Below the pieces are notes generated by a model. The model had not been told where the DNA came from. It ran no database searches and saw nothing but the letters and a program-made list of their open reading frames with translations. 64,000 nt of DNA, taken from IMG/VR virus record IMGVR_UViG_3300017917_002374, positions 124,001 through 188,000 of that record, one strand, 5' to 3'. This document shows, piece by piece, positions 27,432 through 35,414 of the stretch. How positions within the stretch are numbered: position 1 is the stretch's first letter; each line of letters starts with the position of its first letter. Both the position numbers and the translations under genes were made by a program.

Positions 27432-27444
27432 ACAGTATTTAGCT

Positions 27445-27518
27445 GCTCTCATAGTATAAAGGCATTACACTACATTGGTAATGTAGAAACTCTGGATCGT
27501 TACCAGATGAGAGCACCA
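27445..27518 (+). tRNA. tRNA-Thr(GGT)
   Basis: CTACA-TTGGTAA-TGTAG; T-loop ATCGTTA; CCA. Confidence 0.9.
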
Positions 27519-27520
27519 AT

Positions 27521-27594
27521 GCCCCTGTAGCTCAAAGGTAGAGCAATCGATTGATAATCGATAGACGTTGGATCGTTACCATCCGGGGGTACCA
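27521..27594 (+). tRNA. tRNA-Ile(GAT)
   Basis: ATCGA-TTGATAA-TCGAT; T-loop ATCGTTA; CCA. Confidence 0.9.
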
Positions 27595-27599
27595 AAAAC

Positions 27600-27675
27600 G
27601 GTAATGTAGCATAGTGGCCAATGCACCTCCTTCATACGGAGACTATCGCTGGTTCGAGTCCAGCCATTACCACCA
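27600..27675 (+). tRNA. tRNA-Met(CAT) (Ile2 identity not excluded)
   Basis: CTCC-TTCATAC-GGAG, CCA. Confidence 0.88.
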
Positions 27676-27677
27676 AA

Positions 27678-27754
27678 CGGCCCTTAGCTCAACTGGATAG
27701 AGTTCTGCGCTTCGAACGCAGCGGTTGTGGGTTCAAATCCTGCAGGGCCGGCCA
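27678..27754 (+). tRNA. tRNA-Arg(TCG)
   Basis: CTGCG-CTTCGAA-CGCAG, CCA. Confidence 0.93.
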
Positions 27755-27762
27755 AAGAATAC

Positions 27763-27850
27763 GGAAGTGTGCCAGAGTGGTTTAATGGAGCAGTCTTGAA
27801 AACTGTCGTACTGAAAGGTACCGTGGGTTCGAATCCTACCACTTCCGCCA
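27763..27850 (+). tRNA. tRNA-Ser(TGA)
   Basis: GCAGT-CTTGAAA-ACTGT, long variable arm, CCA. Confidence 0.95.
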
Positions 27851-27880
27851 GTATTAGCAAAATAGCAACAAAATAGGCGG

Positions 27881-27909
27881 TTGACCATTATTCAATCATT
27901 TGCTACACT
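27881..27909 (+). promoter_or_regulatory. sigma70 promoter inside tRNA array
   Basis: TTGACC-N17-TACACT just before tRNA-Asn. Confidence 0.75.
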
Positions 27910-27927
27910 ATTGAAAGTTAGAAACAT

Positions 27928-28003
27928 TGTCTCGTAGCTCAGTTGGTAGAGCAGGTGACTGTTAATCACCCTGTCGCTGGTTCGATCCCAGCCGAGACAG
28001 CCA
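27928..28003 (+). tRNA. tRNA-Asn(GTT)
   Basis: GGTGA-CTGTTAA-TCACC, CCA. Confidence 0.95.
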
Positions 28004-28009
28004 GTTTTT

Positions 28010-28084
28010 GCACCCATCATCTAGTGGTTAGGATATCGCCCTTTCACGGCGAGTACACCGGTTCGAATCCGGTTGGGTGTACCA
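28010..28084 (+). tRNA. tRNA-Glu(TTC)
   Basis: TCGCC-CTTTCAC-GGCGA, CCA. Confidence 0.95.
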
Positions 28085-28094
28085 GTTTAAAGTT

Positions 28095-28180
28095 GGGGAT
28101 GTGTGCCGAGCGGCGAAGGCAGCTGACTGTAAATCAGTGACAGAGAAACACCGTAGGTTCGATTCCTACCGTCCCCACCA
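28095..28180 (+). tRNA. tRNA-Tyr(GTA)
   Basis: CTGA-CTGTAAA-TCAG, variable arm, CCA. Confidence 0.93.
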
Positions 28181-28182
28181 AG

Positions 28183-28762
28183 TTCCGGTTACCACTTTCC
28201 TGAAAGTGGCGTATGGTAAACGAGAAAACCCAGGTGGCTATGGCACCTTTAGCGAAACATAGACTCTGCATTACGATGTGGTGTCTCCGGTGTTTCAGAC
28301 GACATAGCAGCGTGGACACTACGCGGCACAGTCCTTTTAGTGTTCGGACAGGGTAACAACTCCAGCTTGGGGGCGACCGTGGAAAAGCGTGGCCCAAGCA
28401 TAAAGGCAAGTGCTATAGATGACAACTGGGTATCGTGTGTGGACGCACACACTATGCGGGCACTCCCGGCCGGGGACGGGTCCTGATATAACCAACAGCG
28501 GCTTTGACACACTTAGCGGTGGACGTCTAAATTGGTACTATAGCACTTACCTTTATGTCAAGACGTGGGGGCGCCACCCCCTACTCTGGTCCGGAGGATG
28601 AGAAGACCGTGGTAGGTCAGGACCTTACTGTTTGGTGCAAACAGCGTTGGCAATACGAGAATCCTCTCTGGTCGGGGAGCGGGTGGGGGCATGCGTGATG
28701 TGGGCAGTGCAAAGACTGTTCACTGATGTGCTATAATAACCGCCGCAGAGAGGAAGCACCTA
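28183..28762 (+). ncRNA. Large structured ncRNA, GOLLD/ROOL-like candidate
   Basis: GC-rich, about 580 nt between tRNA-Tyr and tRNA-Asp. 20-nt long-range helix 28399-28418/28538-28557 with one mismatch, many hairpins, ends pair via CGGTTA/TAACCG. Confidence 0.65.
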
Positions 28763-28766
28763 TTCA

Positions 28767-28841
28767 GGTCTCAAAGTGTTCATGGACGCACGCCAGCCTG
28801 TCACGTTGGAAGAAGGGGATCGTTACCCCTTGGGACCGCCA
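28767..28841 (+). tRNA. tRNA-Asp(GTC)
   Basis: CCAGC-CTGTCAC-GTTGG; T-loop ATCGTTA; CCA. Confidence 0.92.
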
Positions 28842-28858
28842 GATAAATTGAGAAGACA

Positions 28859-29068
28859 ATGAGTGAATTTAAAGTATATTGGACCTACGGCGGTGAGAGC
28901 CATGGAGAAGCGTTTCAGGACGTGACCCAGGCATTGGATCGCTGCCAACAACTAAGAAACAGTGGTCGTAGATTTGTGACCATGGCCAGTGAAATTGATG
29001 ACATGGTTGGAGAGTTTGGAGTAACAGAAACGGACTCCACTTACAACTGGAAAAAACGGAGAATCTAA
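28859..29068 (+). CDS. Hypothetical protein
   Basis: 69-aa ORF within array. Confidence 0.7.
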   Translation: MSEFKVYWTYGGESHGEAFQDVTQALDRCQQLRNSGRRFVTMASEIDDMVGEFGVTETDSTYNWKKRRI

Positions 29069-29313
29069 TGAGAGATTATACGCCAAAAATTGCCAAGGCA
29101 GATCTTGAGCATGGTGCATACTATGCGGGTCGCTGTCGCAATGCACACGAAGCACGTTGGAACGCCAGCATACAAAAGTTCGTGCATTGGCGTACCAAAT
29201 TCAATCATACTTTTTTAGAAGAAATTTGTCATCCAGAAGACGAACAACAGTTTGATGTGTTTGTGGTTGAAGCAAAATTAGATAGACCAGAACGAGAAAT
29301 TCCATTAAAATAA
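29068..29313 (+). CDS. Hypothetical protein
   Basis: TAATG-coupled; YYAGRCRNA..ARW. Confidence 0.7.
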   Translation: MRDYTPKIAKADLEHGAYYAGRCRNAHEARWNASIQKFVHWRTKFNHTFLEEICHPEDEQQFDVFVVEAKLDRPEREIPLK

Positions 29314-29366
29314 ATTTTTACACAAGGAGAGTCCAAAATGGACAGTGACAAGAGTGACAAACGCCC

Positions 29367-29441
29367 GGGGGTGTAGCTCAGAGGAAGAGCAACTGGCTTT
29401 TAACCAGTAGGCCGAGATATCGTAATTCTCCACCCTCACCA
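29367..29441 (+). tRNA. tRNA-Lys(TTT)
   Basis: ACTGG-CTTTTAA-CCAGT; atypical T-loop ATCGTAA; CCA. Confidence 0.85.
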
Positions 29442-29528
29442 TATGAAAACACATTATAGCGGATTTCGCAAGTATAAGTCGCATTCTAAAGAGTGCCCTT
29501 GAGATTGGATATAGTGTGTTTCCATATG
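29440..29528 (+). ncRNA. Small multibranched RNA between tRNA-Lys and tRNA-Cys
   Basis: 19-nt closing stem CATATGAAAACACATTATA/TATAGTGTGTTTCCATATG with internal hairpins such as GCATTC-TAAA-GAGTGC. Confidence 0.55.
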
Positions 29529-29605
29529 CAACGGTGGCAGAGAGGCCCAATGCAAGGGACTGCAAATCCCTAAAACCGTGAGTTCGAATCTCACCCGTTG
29601 CTCCA
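29528..29605 (+). tRNA. tRNA-Cys(GCA)
   Basis: AGGGA-CTGCAAA-TCCCT, U73, CCA. Confidence 0.93.
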
Positions 29606-29627
29606 TTTCAAACTCTAGGAGGTCACA

Positions 29628-30095
29628 ATGCCGTGGATAGAAAATGTTGCTGCCACTGATGTGTCTCAGGGTTTTCATCATGCAGCAGGCGATAACAGCA
29701 TGCTGATTCAAATTGCCGATCCTGCAGGTTGGTTCCCCACTCCTAAATATCAGTTCAAAGAAATACACCAGTTTGAATTCTTGGACGCAGAGGACTCAGA
29801 TGGCTTTCCTGAGGAAGCCAAGTGCTCACATGCACAAGCCGCTGAACTGGTTCGCCTGCTTCAGCATGCACTTGACAATCGCATGAATGTGGTTGTACAC
29901 TGTATGGCTGGTATTTGTCGTAGTGGTGCGGTATGCGAAGTTGGTGTGATGTTGGGATTTCAAGATACTGAAAGGTTCCGTCAACCCAATCTGCGTGTGA
30001 AACATCGCATGATGCAGGCACTGGGCTGGTCATACAACGCAGATGAACAGCCAGATCCAGACAGCTGGCGCAATTTTAAATTAGGAAACATATGA
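29628..30095 (+). CDS. Cys-based (PTP/DSP-fold) phosphatase
   Basis: VVVHCMAGICRS CX5R motif. Confidence 0.88.
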   Translation: MPWIENVAATDVSQGFHHAAGDNSMLIQIADPAGWFPTPKYQFKEIHQFEFLDAEDSDGFPEEAKCSHAQAAELVRLLQHALDNRMNVVVHCMAGICRSGAVCEVGVMLGFQDTERFRQPNLRVKHRMMQALGWSYNADEQPDPDSWRNFKLGNI

Positions 30096-30544
30096 AAATT
30101 GGTTTTAGTTTTGGCCGTTGTGTGGCCAGTATTGTGCGTGGCGAAGTGAACATTGATGATGTGTTGTGCATTATTGCTCGCACTCACATGCCCAGTGCTG
30201 CTGCTGTCAAAGCCGTGATTCAATCATACCTTTATGAACCTAGCTATCTAATGGGACTGGACGCTAACACATGCGAAGCTGTGGGACTAGAGCTGTTTAT
30301 ATCTGGCAAGGTACTAGAACCAAGAGCCAATGGCATTGGTGTGATCAAGGTGCCACGTGATTATGTGTGGATGGATCTTTATCCTACTGTGGCGGACACA
30401 CAAAATGCAGGCGTTCGTACTGCATGGGAAAATTATCGTATGATGATAGAGCTAGCAGAGCATGTGCCGGATGGTGATTACCAACAGGAAGTATATCAAC
30501 ATTCACCTAAAATGAATCTTAATGATGATGGCCAAGAAATCTAA
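30092..30544 (+). CDS. Hypothetical protein
   Basis: MKIGFSFGRCVASIV; coupled. Confidence 0.75.
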   Translation: MKIGFSFGRCVASIVRGEVNIDDVLCIIARTHMPSAAAVKAVIQSYLYEPSYLMGLDANTCEAVGLELFISGKVLEPRANGIGVIKVPRDYVWMDLYPTVADTQNAGVRTAWENYRMMIELAEHVPDGDYQQEVYQHSPKMNLNDDGQEI

Positions 30545-30926
30545 CGTATTGAAAAATAATTGTTTTTTACTCAGTTGGGATTGCAATGGGCTTGAAGCTT
30601 GTGTGCCCTTACACGAGCTAGAGGAAAAATACAATCAGGCAAATAAAGCACGAGTATGGACCACTTTGGCCAGCGAAAATGGCGAGGATCCTGGTAACCC
30701 TGTAGACAGAGAAATCAATCATGTCTACACTAGTATACTCTTTAGAGCTAGATTGAATCCGCAGCGACACTATGAAGTTTACACTGTGCAAACAGATCCT
30801 AGTATCTCCAAAGAGGACATGATTCGCATGTTTAAAGACAGTCCACAGAGCATGGCGGATCTTGTGCGCGAACGTGGTGAACGTCTCTACGGTGATCGTA
30901 GCAAAAATACAACAAAAATCACATAA
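30522..30926 (+). CDS. Hypothetical protein
   Basis: Overlapping ORF. Confidence 0.7.
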   Translation: MMMAKKSNVLKNNCFLLSWDCNGLEACVPLHELEEKYNQANKARVWTTLASENGEDPGNPVDREINHVYTSILFRARLNPQRHYEVYTVQTDPSISKEDMIRMFKDSPQSMADLVRERGERLYGDRSKNTTKIT

Positions 30927-30934
30927 AATAACCG

Positions 30935-30963
30935 TTGACAACTGCCTAATGGTGTAGTATTAT
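30935..30963 (+). promoter_or_regulatory. sigma70 promoter
   Basis: TTGACA-N17-TATTAT. Confidence 0.8.
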
Positions 30964-31038
30964 AAGAATCATAGCAATAGTGCTATACAATTTCTCCTAG
31001 AACCTTAAACTAGGAGCAATTAAAATTTGGAGATTATT

Positions 31039-32313
31039 ATGTCAACTGCAACTGTACCTGCTCAGGCTAACAAACGCCTAGGCACAAAAAAATTCGCCAA
31101 GCTGGCAACCAAGGTCTTGGTTCAGCAGGCCGCTACAACACCAGCTACCTATGCAGCGCAGCAAAATGCTCGCTACAATCACACAGGCAGCATCTATGTA
31201 AATCTTTCTCAACGATTCAATAATACTCTTGCCAATCTGCCTGCAATGAAGGCCACAGGCATTCGCGCACAAATCGCCGCCGCATGTAAGGAATTTCAAA
31301 AACGTTATCCTCATGTGACCAAGTTCAGCGATTTACAACTAGCAGATGCTAAACTAACGACCCTGGGAACTATTTTTATTGACATCACCATTCAGCGTCT
31401 ATTGGACTTGGGTTGGGTAGTCACGATCCTCAAGAACTTTCGCGAAGTGCAAGCTGATCCTATCAAACTGTATGAAGTGATGGATGGCGGCGACCTAGCC
31501 AAAGAATTAGGTGTTGGCACAGTGTTTGCCAGCTGGGACGCTCAACACACCGCTATTGTGTACTGGATCATTGCTGTGATGATCAACAAAGAAGATCCAA
31601 TGAAAGTAGAGGTTCCTAGCGTGATTTACAAGGTTAAAAATCGCGCAGACATTCGCGAGAACTTTGTGAACGGTAACAGTCGTGCAGGCAAGCATCTGTT
31701 GGACAGTATTGACCTGTTTGCACAAATGGTATCTGGTGTGCGTGTGGACGGTAGCAAGGACACCAAGTGGGAAGAAGCAGAACTCAAACAGCAATATCTT
31801 GAACAAGCAGATCTGTTTGTAACTGCTGAAAAGTTTGGCAACACTCACATGCCAGGTGCTATCAGTCGTATGGCAGAAATAGACAAGTACACCAGTGATG
31901 TGATCCGCAAGTTCTGTTTGTATTCATCACAAATTGATCCTCCTCGTCCAATTGATTCGCAGGAAATAGAGATCATGTGTGCATGGTTTGACATGGCCAA
32001 GAATGCAGGTATTGACTATGATGATGCACAAGTGGTTGAACTGGCTACATACGTGTTGAATACATTTGGTCAAGATTGGGGTAACGAAGCCAGTCCATTC
32101 TGGGACAAGGTTAAACATTCATATCAGAACTGGCACAACAAATATTACAAAAAGTTTCCTGCTAGTATGCGTCCTAACTCACGCATGGCCAAGAACTGGA
32201 ACACCGGCGGTACTTTTTTGTGGGCACAGTTGAACAAGAGCTGGAACCACAACCCACTGCCTCCGTTGAGCAATAGCACACCTTTTGTGCCTGACAACAA
32301 TGACCTGTACTAA
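31039..32313 (+). CDS. Hypothetical protein, possible ParB/DGQHR-like domain
   Basis: TIQRLLD...SWDAQHT resembles the QR...DGQH motif pair. Confidence 0.5.
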   Translation: MSTATVPAQANKRLGTKKFAKLATKVLVQQAATTPATYAAQQNARYNHTGSIYVNLSQRFNNTLANLPAMKATGIRAQIAAACKEFQKRYPHVTKFSDLQLADAKLTTLGTIFIDITIQRLLDLGWVVTILKNFREVQADPIKLYEVMDGGDLAKELGVGTVFASWDAQHTAIVYWIIAVMINKEDPMKVEVPSVIYKVKNRADIRENFVNGNSRAGKHLLDSIDLFAQMVSGVRVDGSKDTKWEEAELKQQYLEQADLFVTAEKFGNTHMPGAISRMAEIDKYTSDVIRKFCLYSSQIDPPRPIDSQEIEIMCAWFDMAKNAGIDYDDAQVVELATYVLNTFGQDWGNEASPFWDKVKHSYQNWHNKYYKKFPASMRPNSRMAKNWNTGGTFLWAQLNKSWNHNPLPPLSNSTPFVPDNNDLY

Positions 32314-32314
32314 C

Positions 32315-32887
32315 ATGACTACTACTAAAACACTAGTTGAAAGCTGGAAGCCTAAGAAGAAAAAGATGGTCAAGCGCAATGACATTGCCTATCAGCAGTG
32401 TCTAGAGGAAACAACACAAGCACTAGAACGTTTGTTGGAAGAATATCGCACCACGGTATTTGAAGAAGACATGCGAGCCAGGCTCAAGCGCGATGCAATG
32501 GACCATTGGATTCGTAGGTATCATAAGTATGCCATACAAGGTAAAATTAAATCGCACTACAAACAACGAGGAGTGAGCATGGCTCCAGAAGACTGTATAT
32601 TTGAACACGTGATTCCAGAGGGTCAGGCCAGAGACATGTTGATTGATGGTGCTCTTACCATAGTTCAAGCTCTCAATATCCCCACTTGCCGTATCAGTCG
32701 TGTACATAACAAGATGCTGAATGACCGGGGCATGCATGATCACAATACTGAACCTTATTATCCTTTTAAGCGGTATGTGCAGGGCATGCAAGATGCAATT
32801 GAAATAGAAACTTACAATGGACAAGTAATTTCTGATTTAAATACTTGGACATTAGATGATCATTTCAAACAATTTAATATTAGATGA
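32315..32887 (+). CDS. Hypothetical protein, possible HNH-like
   Basis: FEHVIP...HNKMLN. Confidence 0.45.
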   Translation: MTTTKTLVESWKPKKKKMVKRNDIAYQQCLEETTQALERLLEEYRTTVFEEDMRARLKRDAMDHWIRRYHKYAIQGKIKSHYKQRGVSMAPEDCIFEHVIPEGQARDMLIDGALTIVQALNIPTCRISRVHNKMLNDRGMHDHNTEPYYPFKRYVQGMQDAIEIETYNGQVISDLNTWTLDDHFKQFNIR

Positions 32888-32891
32888 TATT

Positions 32892-33314
32892 ATGAAACTG
32901 GATAGACTTAAAAGGTTTGATAAAAGCAAACATGAACAATTAGTTGGCTTGCTGCAATGGTGCGAGCTCATGGGTCTCAGCGGCCGTGATCTCGTCAGTC
33001 TAGGTGGTCACATTGATCGCTTGCAGGCTCGCGAGGCTGCTCAAAAAAACATTGAGATTGCCAAAGGCTACAAGATTGATCTAGTGGGCCACGACACCTC
33101 TACCGACGCAAGATTCAGTCTGAAGACCATAAACGGTAGATATCTTTTTCAATACTACAGTTACAATCAAGTGCATGTGACCAGCTACAAGACCAAGGTC
33201 AAGAAAATTTTTGCAGTGGATCCTTATGATCTAGGTCGCATGGGTTGGCGCAAGGCTTGGATATACCGTGCTGTTCTAAATGTGCATTCTGGCAAAATAC
33301 TTTTGGATTTTTAA
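32892..33314 (+). CDS. Hypothetical protein
   Basis: ORF from ATG 32892. Confidence 0.7.
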   Translation: MKLDRLKRFDKSKHEQLVGLLQWCELMGLSGRDLVSLGGHIDRLQAREAAQKNIEIAKGYKIDLVGHDTSTDARFSLKTINGRYLFQYYSYNQVHVTSYKTKVKKIFAVDPYDLGRMGWRKAWIYRAVLNVHSGKILLDF

Positions 33315-33315
33315 C

Positions 33316-33972
33316 ATGACAAAATACATAGAAGATCGTACCGAGCTGCATGAAGCTCTTTATCAAGACTGGGCCAAGATCGCTCCGTTACAAGGAACTC
33401 ATACCTGGTTTGGTGTAACTGTACAAAAGCATCCGTTTGACATCTGGGTCTATCAAGAAATGCTGTACCGTATGCGTCCGGATGTGATCATAGAAATAGG
33501 ACACTGTGTGGGCGGCAGTACCATGTTCTTTGCTCACATGCTGGATCTGTTGAATCATGGACGCATTGTAACCATAGATATCACAGATGGTCTTCGTGAC
33601 ACTAGACCAGAATTGTCCAAGCATGCTCGTATTGAATGGATCACAGCCGATGCCACAGATCCGCGAGTGGCAGAACATGTGAAATCAAAAATCAAGCCAG
33701 ACGAACGAGTATGGATCATTGAAGACAGTGCTCATGATTTCTGGACCACGTACAATGTACTAGAAGCCTATCATGATTTGATCAAACCTGGCGATTATTT
33801 TGTGGTGGAAGATACCATTTGCCAACATGGTCTTGCAGAAGGTCCGGCAATAGGTGCTTGGGAAGCTGTAGATGCGTTTTTGGAACAACATCCAGATTGG
33901 CAAGTGGATCGCAGCATGGAAAAGTTCAGCATGACCTGGTGTCCACGTGGATTCTTGCAAAGAAAAAAATAA
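33316..33972 (+). CDS. CmcI-family (cephalosporin hydroxylase-like) O-methyltransferase
   Basis: KHPFDIWVYQEML...RPDVIIEIG, IIEDSAH, YFVVEDT, PRGFL. Confidence 0.85.
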   Translation: MTKYIEDRTELHEALYQDWAKIAPLQGTHTWFGVTVQKHPFDIWVYQEMLYRMRPDVIIEIGHCVGGSTMFFAHMLDLLNHGRIVTIDITDGLRDTRPELSKHARIEWITADATDPRVAEHVKSKIKPDERVWIIEDSAHDFWTTYNVLEAYHDLIKPGDYFVVEDTICQHGLAEGPAIGAWEAVDAFLEQHPDWQVDRSMEKFSMTWCPRGFLQRKK

Positions 33973-33978
33973 GCTACA

Positions 33979-35037
33979 ATGAAACTTTTTATAACCATGC
34001 GAGATACCATTCACGGTCGTGAAAATTTTACAATCAAATGGAAAATTAAAGAGACTGTGTTAGCAAAGAACTGGGCCAATCTATTAATATCAAACGTGCT
34101 GAATAGTAACCATCCTATTGAAAAAACCTATTGTCTGTTTGGATGGCAAACAACATGGGACAGTAATTATTCAAGAAATCTTGAGGTTCTTTGTGTAAAA
34201 CTCAATGATGCTATTGCAATTATCAATCAAAACATGTGTCCTCTAGGGTACAACAAAATCAATCTAGATTTTACTGTTGATAAATTAAAATCAAACGATC
34301 ATCAAACATTGATGAATGAAATACATCATCATTTTGAATTGCTTATTGGACAAATTTGGAATGTAAGTGAATGGTATAAAAAGACCCCAAATGAACTTAC
34401 GAGAACTGCCATTCGCATGCTCAATAACTATTGCCACGAAATTGAAAGTGCAATACGTGTAATTAATATTCAAACCCAACTCTCATTGGAAAAATTTTCA
34501 GCACTCTTATATGCTCCATGCACTGTAAACATTTCTTGTAATGGGGTCAACAGTCAAGGAAAATACTACCTGACGAAAAATTTGAAGTACCTAAGTTTGC
34601 CAGAATTTGAATGCTTCCAAAATCACACAGCATGGGGAGATGTAACATTATATTATGCACAATTAGGCAAAACACATCTTGACGCCTTTCGGGATCAAGA
34701 CGAATACATTGATAGAAAAAATATCAGCAGTCATCAAACCATTACTGGCGAATTTGTAATTGATTTTAGCCCTGGCGAAATCATCCAGGATGATTTTAAA
34801 GCATGGTGTGAAAAACATGACTTTGATTTAAACGACAAAACTCTTGGTATAGGGTTTCCTGTAGTGGCATCTATTGAAAATCCATTCTTAACAGAAGCAG
34901 ATCTAGTAAGACATATAAGAAAGTATAATGATCTATACCAAATAGGTGTTGAAGATGATCAAGGTTCTATTACAGCCACGAAAATCTATGACTATACCTG
35001 GAAAGACGAGGAAGAATGGAAATGCTTACAATCTTAA
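33979..35037 (+). CDS. Hypothetical protein
   Basis: 352 aa, AT-richer than neighbours. Confidence 0.75.
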   Translation: MKLFITMRDTIHGRENFTIKWKIKETVLAKNWANLLISNVLNSNHPIEKTYCLFGWQTTWDSNYSRNLEVLCVKLNDAIAIINQNMCPLGYNKINLDFTVDKLKSNDHQTLMNEIHHHFELLIGQIWNVSEWYKKTPNELTRTAIRMLNNYCHEIESAIRVINIQTQLSLEKFSALLYAPCTVNISCNGVNSQGKYYLTKNLKYLSLPEFECFQNHTAWGDVTLYYAQLGKTHLDAFRDQDEYIDRKNISSHQTITGEFVIDFSPGEIIQDDFKAWCEKHDFDLNDKTLGIGFPVVASIENPFLTEADLVRHIRKYNDLYQIGVEDDQGSITATKIYDYTWKDEEEWKCLQS

Positions 35038-35050
35038 CAAAATTGCAAGG

Positions 35051-35079
35051 TTGACCAAAAAGATCTATTTTGCTATACT
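35051..35079 (+). promoter_or_regulatory. sigma70 promoter
   Basis: TTGACC-N17-TATACT. Confidence 0.8.
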
Positions 35080-35101
35080 ATGTAACAACCAGGAGATCAA
35101 G

Positions 35102-35182
35102 ATGTTTTGGATATTTTTAATATTTGTTATATTGTTAATATGGGGCTACTTTGCCTACATAGACGGAGGCAAACATGATTAA
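35102..35182 (+). CDS. Tiny membrane peptide (26 aa)
   Basis: AGGAG RBS; MFWIFLIFVILLIWGYFAY. Confidence 0.5.
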   Translation: MFWIFLIFVILLIWGYFAYIDGGKHD

Positions 35183-35357
35183 ATTTCTCAAACACATTTG
35201 GGCAGGTGGATGGAGCGTTAGGCTCAGCTTCTTGGTTGTGTTTCTGTTTGGCGCTATGGCCCTTTTGACCATGCCTGGTCCAATCATCATACTCACCTTG
35301 GTGATAGCAAGTTTTATCAGACTGATCAAACATTTTCATGACAACGATTACAGTTGA
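35175..35357 (+). CDS. Small membrane protein
   Basis: GGAGG RBS, two hydrophobic segments. Confidence 0.65.
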   Translation: MIKFLKHIWAGGWSVRLSFLVVFLFGAMALLTMPGPIIILTLVIASFIRLIKHFHDNDYS

Positions 35358-35382
35358 CTGTAATTCGCACATCGCATACAAT
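35354..35382 (+). promoter_or_regulatory. sigma70 promoter
   Basis: TTGACT-N17-TACAAT. Confidence 0.82.
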
Positions 35383-35414
35383 AACCCAGCTAACACAATT
35401 TTATAGGAGTAGAG

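Noticed and set aside
28183-28762. tmRNA or RNase P RNA
   Set aside because: No tRNA-Ala-like acceptor/T-arm with CCA or resume-tag ORF, and no RNase P GAGGAAAGUCC / AACAGAA..CGGCUUA motifs.
26021-29768. ORFs spanning tRNA genes or the large ncRNA (26260-26544, 26477-26647, 27943-28601, 29305-29768)
   Set aside because: They overlap clear cloverleaves or structured RNA and have no RBS.
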